Shown here: positions 32,066 to 42,879 of the stretch, piece by piece
Layout of the letters: each line of letters begins with the position of its first letter
Numbering within the stretch: the first letter of the stretch is position 1
Origin: an uncultured Verrucomicrobiae bacterium
GTDB taxonomy: Bacteria; Verrucomicrobiota; Verrucomicrobiia; Limisphaerales; Palsa-1400
NCBI GenBank assembly: GCA_963702845.1
Contig: OY969763.1
Coordinates: 1,888,001 to 1,952,000, forward strand
Length of the DNA stretch: 64,000 nucleotides
Reading direction: 5' to 3'
Position numbers and translations under genes: made by a program
Notes under the pieces: model-generated
The model's database searches: none
The model's input: the letters and a program-made list of their open reading frames with translations, nothing else
What the model was told of the DNA's origin: nothing

Positions 32066-32338
32066 TTAAACGTAACGGCCCATGGTAGCCGGCGGAATTG
32101 CATAAAAATGTATGTGTTCCTTAATCGCCAGTGCTTCTGTGTCTCCAATGAGCTTGTCCGGGTGATCGCCCTGTTCTTCGAGGTACAGTTGATAACCGGC
32201 GTCAATATGAGCTAACGCTTTGATTTCTGATCCCGTCATACTCGTCTTATCCACCTCGTACTTGACCGCATCGATGAAGATCGTGAATCTGTGCTTTTTT
32301 TCTGCGGGATTTCCGCCATGTTCCTGTTCTGTTGGCAT
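32066..32338 (-). CDS. Ubiquitin-like (Multi_ubiq) protein
   Basis: FTIFID...MTGSEIKALA...YQLY...HFYAIPPATMG plus RYV tail. Confidence 0.8.
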   Translation of the reverse strand: MPTEQEHGGNPAEKKHRFTIFIDAVKYEVDKTSMTGSEIKALAHIDAGYQLYLEEQGDHPDKLIGDTEALAIKEHIHFYAIPPATMGRYV

Positions 32339-33106
32339 ATAGTTTCCATGAATTTAGGTTTCACGGATGCATTGTCTGCTCTCCGCTCCAGTGTTGCGAA
32401 TGAACCGCGGCACGTTACAGCCAAAAACGAGACAAGTAAACCGTTTTGGATATCGGACAAATCCAAACAGTCGCGTAGAAGTTCAATAGATTTGCCACAG
32501 CACCAAATACCGGGTTCTTAAGTTCTTTCGTGGATTACTCATAGCGGAAGCATAATTTCAAAGATCGGACGGCGTGATTTCGCGGCCGTCTTCTGTTCCT
32601 CGAACCATGCCGGATCTGGATGTCGTTCTCCCTGCGTATCTGGTAATCACGTTTCGCTGCGCGACGAGCGAAACGCCTTCCGCGCCTTCATGCACGGAAA
32701 GACGCGGATGTAGCGAATTGATGCGCGATTAACGAATAATCGAACGCATTCATTGTGAACCATCGTTCCTGAATCTCGCTTGTACGGCTGTGAGGCTTCT
32801 GCTAACTTGGTCCCTGTGGTTTACGGGGAATGCCAACGAACTTCCCATTGCGGGCGCGTTTGGGTTTCGGGACTGTTGGTTTGTTCGGATCGAACGGAAA
32901 GCGCGCGAAGATAGGTGAGTGCGGGTCGAGGTTTTTCCAGACGTTTTTTTAATGCTGATTTCAGTCGTTTAGTTCGATCTTCGTCCATTCCCCGCTTTCC
33001 CAGAATAGTTATACAGCATCCATACAATTTGATACGATTCCCACAATACAGCATCGTCTCAAAACGGCCTTGCATTTACCGTTCCAAGCAGCACAGTCAG
33101 AAAACT

Positions 33107-33568
33107 ATGATTCCCCTAGGACTTCCCGTACGAACGTTTATTCATTGCTCACTCGTCTTATGCATCTGTTGGATATTGAGTGGTTGTGCTGGCCATCATA
33201 AAATTGACGCGGCAGACCAAAGGATCGTGTCGGTCGACTTTGTCGTCAGAGTGAATAATGAAAATTTCGTGGTACGGCTGGTAAAACCAGATCAGATCGC
33301 CGTTGCTCGTGCCCGCCTGAATGGAACCAAGCCGCAGGGAATAATTAGTGGACATTTGGTAAACGGCGACGGCGGATTCAATCGTGATCCTGATTCGAAT
33401 ACACACTGGTCGTGGCACATCGATCCTAACACTGTCTCATTTCCGCAAATCGCCATGGAAGTGTGCGACGGCAGACCGTCAGACGTCGAAAGCAACAAAT
33501 CGCATTGGATTACCAGTGTAAAAATGTTTTGTCCGTGGTCGGCGAAAGTGATTCGTGAGCTGAAATAG
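33107..33568 (+). CDS. BP74-related lipoprotein
   Basis: Lipobox LSGC; WSWHIDP, EVCDGRP, FCPWSAKV. Confidence 0.65.
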   Translation: MIPLGLPVRTFIHCSLVLCICWILSGCAGHHKIDAADQRIVSVDFVVRVNNENFVVRLVKPDQIAVARARLNGTKPQGIISGHLVNGDGGFNRDPDSNTHWSWHIDPNTVSFPQIAMEVCDGRPSDVESNKSHWITSVKMFCPWSAKVIRELK

Positions 33569-33600
33569 GCATTAAACTTGATGCTCTGACTCCTCGGTTA

Positions 33601-34521
33601 TTACGCGTCGGAGGCTTGCGACAACTTGGATAAATACGATAACAGGTTTGCCACAATTGTTAGAATGCTCTGCGCTTCCAGTTGATCGAGCACAGCCGAA
33701 GAAGTGTGGTGGGCCTGGTTGGTTGGTCCTCGCACAACAGTAAGCGAGTTGTTGAGCCAGTCATAAGTCGGTTTCCCTAACCTAGTTTGCCACGAGGTCT
33801 TCAGTTGCATCACTTTGCTTTTGTCGGTCCCATTCACCACTTCCATCAGGGGATCGAGCACGATACGACATTGCGCCACGGCCTCTCTGTATAATCCCTG
33901 GTTGTGCAAGGTGATTGCATGGCGCAAAGCGCCGTGCGATTCCTTCAATTCCGCACAGTTGTCGACGGCGATTCCAGGAAGCTCGATGACATACACCGAC
34001 TCTATCTTTAGCTGGTCCAAGAACATGATCCAGCGGTCCCTCGGAATGACGAACGACAGGGAAGTGCTTAACAAGTGTGCTTCCACGAATCCCCAAACGC
34101 GTTGGGCGAACTGTCCGGTCGTCGAACCAACGGAGTGCAAACGTTCGGTCTTGAGTTTGCAATCCAACCGCATACGGACTTCTCCGCCATTGCGCTTGCG
34201 ATTGAGTGCTCGCAGGTCGGATGCGGCGATAGGAATTTCTATAAACAGTTGTTCCTTTGATCGCGTTTCACCTGCGCCCAACGTCGTATTAGTCTCGGCA
34301 ACAGTCGTGTAGGCAATATAGGTCGAATCGAACGCTGATAGGCGACCCTGGAAGTGTCGGAAACAGATAGACCCGCCGGGCCAATTGGGACAACGGAAAG
34401 CGCTCACAGCCGGAATTACTATAATCGGGTGTTCCGCCGAGCCCGTGCAATAGATGGTGTTAGGATCAACAGATAATTCGGCGACTATTTCGCCGTTAGG
34501 AAGCGCAAAGGAATCAGCCAT
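33601..34521 (-). CDS. Hypothetical protein with HEPN-like C-terminus
   Basis: YREAVAQCRIVLD...VRGPTNQAHH...EAQSIL. Confidence 0.5.
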   Translation of the reverse strand: MADSFALPNGEIVAELSVDPNTIYCTGSAEHPIIVIPAVSAFRCPNWPGGSICFRHFQGRLSAFDSTYIAYTTVAETNTTLGAGETRSKEQLFIEIPIAASDLRALNRKRNGGEVRMRLDCKLKTERLHSVGSTTGQFAQRVWGFVEAHLLSTSLSFVIPRDRWIMFLDQLKIESVYVIELPGIAVDNCAELKESHGALRHAITLHNQGLYREAVAQCRIVLDPLMEVVNGTDKSKVMQLKTSWQTRLGKPTYDWLNNSLTVVRGPTNQAHHTSSAVLDQLEAQSILTIVANLLSYLSKLSQASDA

Positions 34522-34647
34522 AATAAGCGGTTAGCGTTTCACTGTCTCATACGCAAAGTTGGCATGCAGTTCCAACATTGTGCTTGGGGCTTTTGACGCT
34601 TTCAATCGAATCCTATTGCAGGTTTGCAGACCGAGACTGTCTTGCTT

Positions 34648-35589
34648 TTATCCAAGGGAACGGCTGCCTTCAGATCTCACCTCTCGAATGAACGTCTCGC
34701 AGGTCCAAACAACTTGGCTCTTGGGCGTTTTTCGGCTGTAAAAATTCTCGGCGATCAGCGCATTCGCCATGTGCGACGGGGAGTCCCATAGCTCGGGATG
34801 ATCGCGGACGAAGGATATTTTTTCCTGTGTTTTTAATGTGCGCTCGGCGGGAATCTGGTTAAACGAATTAAATACGGCCTGTTTGCCAGCTTCTGAAAGC
34901 AACTCCGTCAAATCGGTGCCGGCAAAATCTAAAAATCGCTTGGCGATGGGTCTAGAAAGATCGTTGTAATTTGGTGAGACAACTTCCGGAGTTGATATTT
35001 CGATCTGTGGGGCCAGATACCGAATCGAAATTGCGTGGATGTATTTGTTAATCGGTTTTGTGGTTCGGTGTTTTGGAAATACCCAAGCTATTCTCACCGT
35101 TACCCATTTCGCGTGGCGTTTGAAGGCTGTGACAGTAAATCCGCGTTGAGCCAAATCGGGGCGAAGGAAGGAAAATGAACTACTTTTTATCTTAGCCAGT
35201 CCCACATGTCGCGGCGGGAGTAGAGGTTCTAAATCGATTAGTAAATCAATAATGTCACAGGGTACTTCCACTTGCGTGTAAATCTCGTTCAACACGGGGA
35301 CAAGGCGGACAAGATGTTGTGAATCTATGACGGATGGTGAATCAGTTTTTGCATAAAAACTGAACGGGACCTGATCTGGTAGCAGGTAAAGATTATACAG
35401 AGGAAACCAGAAGTCCCGGGATCTAATGAGAATATCGGCGCTGAATTTCGTTTCACTGGTCGCCCCTTCAATCTTCAGGCCGGAAAAACAAAGTGATTGT
35501 GAAAACCGACCGGTTCTCGGACTTGGAGAAATATATGGCCCCGCAAAAAAACGGTTGCCGAGCTCATGTTGTAGGGCGTCCCAAGACAT
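34648..35589 (-). CDS. Hypothetical protein
   Basis: 313-aa ORF, no recognised motif. Confidence 0.5.
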   Translation of the reverse strand: MSWDALQHELGNRFFAGPYISPSPRTGRFSQSLCFSGLKIEGATSETKFSADILIRSRDFWFPLYNLYLLPDQVPFSFYAKTDSPSVIDSQHLVRLVPVLNEIYTQVEVPCDIIDLLIDLEPLLPPRHVGLAKIKSSSFSFLRPDLAQRGFTVTAFKRHAKWVTVRIAWVFPKHRTTKPINKYIHAISIRYLAPQIEISTPEVVSPNYNDLSRPIAKRFLDFAGTDLTELLSEAGKQAVFNSFNQIPAERTLKTQEKISFVRDHPELWDSPSHMANALIAENFYSRKTPKSQVVWTCETFIREVRSEGSRSLG

Positions 35590-35803
35590 CAGAGCGCTAC
35601 GGTAATGAAAATGAACCGCACTGATAAAGCATAAGTTATCGCTGAAACTCGAACTTTTGACCTCATGTGCTGTGACACGGCCGCATTTGGCGAACGGGAA
35701 TTGAACTCTGGCAAGAGGAATAGGATGTTGCTATAAAATGCTTCTCACAAATCTAACAACAGGATAGCACTTCGAAGACAATAACACAGGCCAACGCGCA
35801 GAA

Positions 35804-37036
35804 ATGCTTCGACGTCTGAGCGGAGCATCTAATAACAATGACGTAATTGAATGGTGGGGCCGGTATCGTCCGAAACTTCGGGGTGCCAGCCTTATATTCA
35901 GTGTTCCTAGAGCGTCTCCGTTTGGCAATAGAGTCAAAAGCCGTTTTGGAACCGGGGCCGAAGTAATTTCGGCTTTCGCATATGACGGGTATTTCTTTTT
36001 GAACGATCGGATCTTTGAGGACATCCGCCGGGGTAAAAAAAGCGATATCAAGGTTTCGTACCTAATGTCCTTCGATTGCAATGCTGCCAGTCATGTGCGC
36101 GCGTTGCTCCGTGGAATTCAAGGTAGTTCTGCCTTACATGACATGCGGGAACTCATGCTCCATTTCGGAGGTAACCATTTTAATTGGCAGATATTGCCGT
36201 ACTTGCTTGAAACTTCGGTGCAGTCTGAAGACCAGCTAACGTCGCAAGCTGTTTTCGAGACAGTCCTCGCAGCCACGAGACTTGAGGACATCGACACCGA
36301 ACACTTTCTAAAAAGCGGCAGGCTCCGACAACGGACTTCCGATGCAGCGATTTACGACAAAGCTCGTAACGATCTGCGACGGTTTCAATCGAATCTCGCT
36401 CTTTGCCAGCCACTGAAAGATTTGTGGCAGTCGATTTATGTATGCGTATTGAAGTGTGCAGTTCTTGAGTTGAGCTTTCCGGGACCGCGCTATTGCGCCA
36501 AAAAGATGATCAAGTTTGTAGAGTTCATGCACGAGCACCTCAGAAGCATGATGACCACGCTTTTGAAGTTGGCCTATCTGTGGTTCCACAGCGCACCAGA
36601 AGCTGGGTTATTTTCACCGCTTAGCGGAACGAACCCGAATTTAGTCAAAAAAGCGAAAAATATCGCCTGGGACATTTACCATCTCATGCGACTACCGCAG
36701 GAGTGTATACAACCAAACGACGCTGATTTCCTCATCCCCTATTTTTTAACCTTCGACCAAAAACTCGCGCGGCTCATGAAAGTGTGTGGTTTGAAGCTTT
36801 GCCTGATCCAGCCTGATCGCAACATGCCTTTTTCAGTCCAAGACGTCGACATCGGCCCGGTTCTAAATTTTTTGAGCAGCGTAGATTTGACGTTCAGCGG
36901 CAAGTATTTCACTGTCGATGCGCACCGGTCCAGAGCTGAAACTCTTGCTTCGGGCTGGCAAGCGGATTTGGACGGACTGATGGAGAAATACGAAATGGAA
37001 CTCGCCGGTTACGAGCAAAACGTTAGTTCCGGTTAG
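35804..37036 (+). CDS. Hypothetical protein, possibly PIN-like
   Basis: FDCNAAS, PYLLE, NIAWD, FLTFDQKL acidic-residue pattern. Confidence 0.5.
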   Translation: MLRRLSGASNNNDVIEWWGRYRPKLRGASLIFSVPRASPFGNRVKSRFGTGAEVISAFAYDGYFFLNDRIFEDIRRGKKSDIKVSYLMSFDCNAASHVRALLRGIQGSSALHDMRELMLHFGGNHFNWQILPYLLETSVQSEDQLTSQAVFETVLAATRLEDIDTEHFLKSGRLRQRTSDAAIYDKARNDLRRFQSNLALCQPLKDLWQSIYVCVLKCAVLELSFPGPRYCAKKMIKFVEFMHEHLRSMMTTLLKLAYLWFHSAPEAGLFSPLSGTNPNLVKKAKNIAWDIYHLMRLPQECIQPNDADFLIPYFLTFDQKLARLMKVCGLKLCLIQPDRNMPFSVQDVDIGPVLNFLSSVDLTFSGKYFTVDAHRSRAETLASGWQADLDGLMEKYEMELAGYEQNVSSG

Positions 37037-37140
37037 TTCGACCTACCGAAATCTTCTAAATTGCAGCGCCTCGGTCTGGATAAGACGGATCTCGCGAATT
37101 CAATTACTCGGCGGAACGGTATTTATATTGACTGAAGACA

Positions 37141-38985
37141 TTGGTTCAGGACAACTTCGCTCGGTCAGCCGCATTATTTCCGATGAATACAGTCGCCAGG
37201 GGTATCAACCTCGTCATGAGAATTCTTTCTGGTCGCTTGAGGATTTTTGTGATCGGTTTTTCGGTCATTCTGTTTGGTGCGATGGCGTTCATGGGCTGGG
37301 CCAGTCGCGAAAATGAGCATGTGAATAGTGTCGTTCGTGCCGTCGGATCGATCGGGCACATCTATGGAGGACCGCAACCTGATTCCCTTGGGTCACATGT
37401 GTTATACATGCAGGCCACAGACAGCGGTATGGGGGTGGTATCATACGTAACCGCCAGCGGGAAAGCGGAGCTTCTGTGCGAGGAACAATTAACGAACAAG
37501 TTTGAGTTGCATAGCGCTGCCATCTACGTGTCGCCTAGTGATCAAAATTTTGCATTTGTTTTTAACAAGGGCGCGTCAGGTTGGATTTCGATTCGGCACT
37601 TTCAATCTGGACAAGAGGACAGTCGTTTAGAGATTCCAGAGAGAGAGATTCAGCAGATTGTATGGCTTACCAGTAAGCGGTTCGTGTGTGTCAGTAAAAC
37701 ACTGCGTGGTAGCGACGACGCTGATAGCAAGAGTTACTTGCAATTGATCGAGAAATTAGGAGATCAGGGATGGGGTAGCAGGAACTTGAATGTTACCTTG
37801 GTAAACGCGTCCGGTTTTGTTGCCTTATCCGATAACACAGTCGCTTGGGTTACAAATGATGGAATTCAGTCAATGACCATTGAGACCAATCAACCCACGG
37901 TTCTCTTCGCTCCCAACGATTGGCATATCAAACACTTTTCCTATTCTCGAAACAACCAAAGCTTATTAATTACTTGCACAACTAATATTTCTACAACAGC
38001 ACCCAATACGCGTGACTCGGCTGGTGGTGAAAAAGAATCCAATCCTAACCTATTTCGGGCCAGCTTGGAATCAGGCAAAGTGACTCAAGTAAAACACTTG
38101 TCCAGGGACACTGAAATTCGAAACGCTCAGTGGATCTATCCCACGGAAGGTTATGTTTATCAAAAGGGCGATTTTTTACATATCAGGGAGAGTGCTGAAT
38201 CAAAAGTTACGATATTAGGGAACAAGAAGGTGCTGCGGTTTGCTGTATGTTCGCGAAATCCCTTCTTAGTTGCTCGCGATTTAGGAGGGGACGACCATTT
38301 GTGGAATTACGACTTCCGATCGCAAAAATGGACAAAAAACGCGTCATCTCTGAAAGAAGCCAGCATTCATACGAAAACAGTCAAACCTGTAGTATGTGTT
38401 TCGGCAAAATACGATTACCAAGTTTACAGGCCACTCGAAGGCCTCCACCTCAGAAGACATCCTTTAGTTATTTGCGACACGCTGCGGCTTTTTCGTTTCA
38501 AGGAGAACGCACCGCCTTGGGCGAACGCATTGGCGAACTGTGGCGCGTACGTTGTAATCGTCAATCATAAGACGGGGGTTCCCTTGCAAAAATGGGCTGA
38601 AAACCTTACCAACATCTATAATGGCATCTTACTCGCGCATCACGACATTGATCCGAAACAGGTATATCTGTTCGGGCAGGCTTCGGATTTTATGTGTTCC
38701 ATTTTAGAAAAAAGGCCGGAACCTTGGAGAGGGGCCGTGTTTATTTCCCCAAAGAATTTGCCGAAAGTAGCGATTCTTGGAAATGTCGGTCAACGATTGC
38801 CCAGAATACTTGTCAATACTAGCGGCGAAGAGCCGCTTCTTACACGTGACTGGATTGAACATTATCGCGATGTAGCGTTTGCCCATGGAATGGCTGTAGA
38901 ACTTCATGTGCGCAGTAAAGAGGTTTCTACGACGTCGCTGCGCGATGACATTCACAGTCTAATAGGATTTATATTCAACGAGTAA
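37141..38985 (+). CDS. Beta-propeller + degenerate alpha/beta hydrolase (S9-like)
   Basis: N-terminal TM; HPLVI, IDPKQVYLFGQAS (no GxSxG); start uncertain. Confidence 0.6.
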   Translation: MVQDNFARSAALFPMNTVARGINLVMRILSGRLRIFVIGFSVILFGAMAFMGWASRENEHVNSVVRAVGSIGHIYGGPQPDSLGSHVLYMQATDSGMGVVSYVTASGKAELLCEEQLTNKFELHSAAIYVSPSDQNFAFVFNKGASGWISIRHFQSGQEDSRLEIPEREIQQIVWLTSKRFVCVSKTLRGSDDADSKSYLQLIEKLGDQGWGSRNLNVTLVNASGFVALSDNTVAWVTNDGIQSMTIETNQPTVLFAPNDWHIKHFSYSRNNQSLLITCTTNISTTAPNTRDSAGGEKESNPNLFRASLESGKVTQVKHLSRDTEIRNAQWIYPTEGYVYQKGDFLHIRESAESKVTILGNKKVLRFAVCSRNPFLVARDLGGDDHLWNYDFRSQKWTKNASSLKEASIHTKTVKPVVCVSAKYDYQVYRPLEGLHLRRHPLVICDTLRLFRFKENAPPWANALANCGAYVVIVNHKTGVPLQKWAENLTNIYNGILLAHHDIDPKQVYLFGQASDFMCSILEKRPEPWRGAVFISPKNLPKVAILGNVGQRLPRILVNTSGEEPLLTRDWIEHYRDVAFAHGMAVELHVRSKEVSTTSLRDDIHSLIGFIFNE

Positions 38986-38989
38986 TCAC

Positions 38990-39649
38990 TTGATGAAATC
39001 GCCCGATGATTCTCCGATAATAAAAAAAATGGTAAGGGAAAAGGCCCGAGAGCGTTGCCGCAGATTTCTGCCCGTTTTCTTGGTGTGCGTTGGAATGATC
39101 CTTATCTGTGGCGCGGCCACCGATATTGCTCACCCATTCAGCAAACTGCAGGTCTGGGATTTGAAAGATCCGTTATTAAGCATTCGTTGGCGGTACCTCG
39201 TGTTCGGTTACGACTTACTGAAACTGATAGTCGCATGTTTATGTCTCGCCGCAGTCACATCGCGCGTAGCCTCGTCCAGTTCGCGGCTTCCCCTCTTGTG
39301 CCTGTCATGTGTAAGCTGGTTTTGCGGTGCCGTTCTCGCATATCGCGGCGGGTTGTGGGCGATGGGACAGTGTCACCCATGGGCATTCGTTGCCTCTGTT
39401 TCCGAGCGTTTCAACTTATCGCCGCCGGAAGCAGATTTAGTAACGGTAGGCACATTAAGCATTTTGTTTGTTTGTAGCTCAACGCTTCTAGTTTTTGCGC
39501 CAGTATCGAAGCCGCAGCCCCAGTCAGCTTATGTCAAGATTTCATGCGAGTATTGCAGTGGCCATATCGAAGTCCCAGCAGACGCATTAGGCAAGCAAAA
39601 TCCCTGTCCGCATTGCAAACGTGACATCATCCTTGCTGAACCCGCATAG
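38990..39649 (+). CDS. Four-TM membrane protein with C-terminal Zn ribbon
   Basis: CEYCSGHIE...CPHC. Confidence 0.6.
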   Translation: MMKSPDDSPIIKKMVREKARERCRRFLPVFLVCVGMILICGAATDIAHPFSKLQVWDLKDPLLSIRWRYLVFGYDLLKLIVACLCLAAVTSRVASSSSRLPLLCLSCVSWFCGAVLAYRGGLWAMGQCHPWAFVASVSERFNLSPPEADLVTVGTLSILFVCSSTLLVFAPVSKPQPQSAYVKISCEYCSGHIEVPADALGKQNPCPHCKRDIILAEPA

Positions 39650-39653
39650 TCAT

Positions 39654-41405
39654 ATGTCTTTGAGTTCACGACTATCACAGCCTCGGATTAAGATTGCCAG
39701 TGCCATCACCATTGCAGCATTAGCCAGCTGCCTTTTTTGGCATTACTCGGATAATTCGATTGCGAAGCCATCGCAGGATTATATTGAAGCAGTTGCTAAG
39801 GACGTCACGTCAGAAGGCGAATTCGTTAAGGCACCGGTCATAAACCATGCAGGCACAGAAATCGCTTTCGCACGATGCACTCTCAACGGGCGTAGCGTTG
39901 AACTGTTGGACTTGGGGAGCGGAAAAACCAGGACCGTACGCACGCAAAGTGTAGTAAACTACCCACTTGGATACTCACCTGATGATAAGCAGCTGTTATT
40001 TAGTGCTTTCGGCTCAAAAAGAATTAATCTTGTCGAGCGTCCTGGCACTCAAATTCGCCATCTCGCGGGCGAAATGCCGACCGCAGCCGTTTGGCTAAAC
40101 ACTAATTCGTTTGTTATGCATTCCGAGACAGGACTCCGGCGTGTTGTAATTCATCCGTCCAGCTTTGAAAGCAAATCACTCAATCTCGGTGAGAAGATAT
40201 TGGGAATAGCGGCTATGTCTGATGGTAAGATTGCAATATTGGGTGAATCAATGCTGTTCACGGTAGAGTTGGAGACCGGCGCGCGCCACACGTTGTTTTC
40301 GTTTTCGAACCAATTATCTGAGTCGCAATGGTTGCAATACTCGTTAGAGAAGAACGAATTTCTCTTTTGCGCTTGGGATGATGGCAACTGGCGACATTTG
40401 TATCGTTTGCAGTGGAGCGGCCAAGATTGGAGGTTAAACCAGGTGACATTTGACTCCGAGCACACGTACAATGCGAGGTGGATACAAAAAGGTAAGGGCA
40501 TCGCTTATATTTGCAACCACACAAACAGCTTCTCCCTAATCGTCCAGCCCGACGATCCAACTGCTAGAACGAATCTTTTTGTTAAAGGCCATATCTACGG
40601 CTACACGGTATCGAACGACGGCGAAAAGTTATACGCAATCGCTTCGGTTGATGTCGAACCGCTCGGCGTGTGGGAGTATAACATCAGAAAAAAGAACCTT
40701 CGTCGGGTAACTCCAGCAACAAAATTCAGCGCCACCGAGTTTATTCCGCGCTCCAAACATTGGGCTAAATCGCGCGATGGGATTGACATCGAATACTACA
40801 CAGTTCCACCCCGCAATCTTCAAAAGAACAAAAAATACCCTGTAATCATCTACATTCCGGTTTACGGAAATCAGGCATGTAAAGTCTGGGACGCCTTTTC
40901 CCAATTCTTCGGTAATATTGGAGTATACCATGTCGCCGTGAATTACCGCAGTTCTGATGGCTATGGCCGCAAATTTTCAAATCAAGATGATAGGCTTGCG
41001 TTTAATGACATCATCGCAGTGTACGACGAAATTACAAGAGATCCCACCGTGGACAAAAGCCGAGTATTTTTGATGGGCTTTTGCGGCGCACCGAAAATCG
41101 CAAACGATAGCATTGTGCAATATCCCGATCATTGGGCCGGCACTATTAGTATTCGCGGCATTCCTCCCGAACAGAACCCAATTGTGAGCCAACACATGCG
41201 TGTATTTTATTTCATTCCTGATATAGAAGGCTTCGTTAGTAAATCAAGCATTGACGAATTCGAAAATTGGATGAATGAGAGGCAAGTCTCAGGCACAGTT
41301 ATTGATTCGTCTCAACTTGTAGGAGCCAAAAATGCACGGGCGCTTGGAAATACCGAGATTGATCGGAAGACATTAGTCCTGTTATCTCAATTCATCTTTA
41401 ATTAA
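39654..41405 (+). CDS. S9/prolyl-oligopeptidase-like protein (propeller + hydrolase)
   Basis: SRDGIDIE, KKYPVII, VNYRSSDGYG, VDKSRVFLMGFCGA. Confidence 0.75.
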   Translation: MSLSSRLSQPRIKIASAITIAALASCLFWHYSDNSIAKPSQDYIEAVAKDVTSEGEFVKAPVINHAGTEIAFARCTLNGRSVELLDLGSGKTRTVRTQSVVNYPLGYSPDDKQLLFSAFGSKRINLVERPGTQIRHLAGEMPTAAVWLNTNSFVMHSETGLRRVVIHPSSFESKSLNLGEKILGIAAMSDGKIAILGESMLFTVELETGARHTLFSFSNQLSESQWLQYSLEKNEFLFCAWDDGNWRHLYRLQWSGQDWRLNQVTFDSEHTYNARWIQKGKGIAYICNHTNSFSLIVQPDDPTARTNLFVKGHIYGYTVSNDGEKLYAIASVDVEPLGVWEYNIRKKNLRRVTPATKFSATEFIPRSKHWAKSRDGIDIEYYTVPPRNLQKNKKYPVIIYIPVYGNQACKVWDAFSQFFGNIGVYHVAVNYRSSDGYGRKFSNQDDRLAFNDIIAVYDEITRDPTVDKSRVFLMGFCGAPKIANDSIVQYPDHWAGTISIRGIPPEQNPIVSQHMRVFYFIPDIEGFVSKSSIDEFENWMNERQVSGTVIDSSQLVGAKNARALGNTEIDRKTLVLLSQFIFN

Positions 41406-42834
41406 AGCGTATTTTGGCGGCTTTTGCCGCGATGGAGCGGCCACGGATGCACGTCAATTTTGTTCCCAGCGCTACCTTTGTGGTTTTCGATTCCTTGCAA
41501 CTCAAGCAATGTCCAAAACAAAATCGCCAAGGAGAATTGGAATAACGCTCCATCAAACCAAAAACCAAGAATAAAAACGATGGCGCAAGCAGCAGCCACA
41601 TTCCTACATCGCATGTTGTGCTTTGCGGATGAGACAATGTTAAGACGATTGACGATGTGATTGATTAATAAAATCAAGGCGGGTAGTCCGATAGAACCAG
41701 CCAACCAAAGATAGTCGTTGGTTTGGACGGTTGCCGCCGAGTCCACTCTGAAATCAGCATATGAACTGGCATAAAGGTCTGCATATTTGTTCCAACCACA
41801 GCCGAAAAATGGATGGTCCGCTATTAACTGAAGATATCGCGCCAAGCAAAAAGGCGATTGGCTGTCGAAAAATCGTTCCTGGTAAAGAACGACATTAATC
41901 GCGCAACCGGTGCAAAACTGCGACCGCAACCGATTAGGAGAGCCAGGATGATCGCCGATACAGCCAACCAAAAGATTATGTACAAAATGCGCCATCGAAT
42001 GCCACAGTTATGTCTCGAGTGCGACTGCGTCGAAGTGTTGATGTAAAAGGCTATGGCAACGCTTGCGCCAATCCAAGCACCACGCGATAAGCTCCTGACT
42101 AACGCGATTGCCAAGGTAAAGAAGGCACAAATTAAAATCAGAGTTCGTAAGGTATCGCACAACCTGCTTCGCCGACTTTCACTGGGCGTTCCTTCGTGTC
42201 GTGAACCAAACAGTGATTCGCGCATTGGTTTTGAATTGGCGAACAACCCGAAAGCTAGGATACATCCTACAGCAATGACAATCCCATACGAGTTGGGGTG
42301 GCCCCATAAACCAACGAGACGAATTTGTCCACGATACAGATACTTCGGAGCCCAAGGAGGTTGCCACAGCGAAAGGGCTAGGATGCCCGCTAAAAGGAAG
42401 TAAAAAAAGCTGCCGATTCGCTGTCGAAATACCGTCGACACTAGTACAGCAATTGTTCTCCCAATGCTAATTGCTGCTACAAATGATAGTGGGGCCACCG
42501 AGCGCGCAGAATTTTCGTAATCTATAAAATAGCCACCGGCGCAGATTGCCAGCATAGCTATAAGTCCATAATCGGATCGATTATATACCGAGCATGACAG
42601 CAAACTGACGGACAGCAATCTAACAGCGATGAAAAGGAAAAGGCAGAACAAAAACACTAGCCATTGCGTTTGTGTATCGCGGCAAGCAGCGGAAATGCTC
42701 ACCAAGGTTGGAAAACTCAAAAATCCGCCGCTTGCGACCGATTCTTCTGCCAGCATGCACAAAAACAAAGCAGCCACCACTAAAAGTGCAGCGCCGTGTT
42801 TGATAAGTGACGTGGCTAGTCGGGTTTGAAACAT
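41402..42834 (-). CDS. O-antigen ligase-like (Wzy_C) membrane protein, frameshift near 41832
   Basis: GLWGHPNSYG, SLSRGAW, NRLFAW, then other frame IADHPFFGCGW...NDYLWL...GLP. Confidence 0.8.
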
Positions 42835-42879
42835 ATTGCGGCGAACCTTCGCACCAAACGTTACGCAGCGGATTAAAGG

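Noticed and set aside
25480..32338. CBASS system (DUF4365 + E1/E2/JAB)
   Set aside because: No CD-NTase present; DUF4365 is on the opposite strand, and the operon has its own Ubl.
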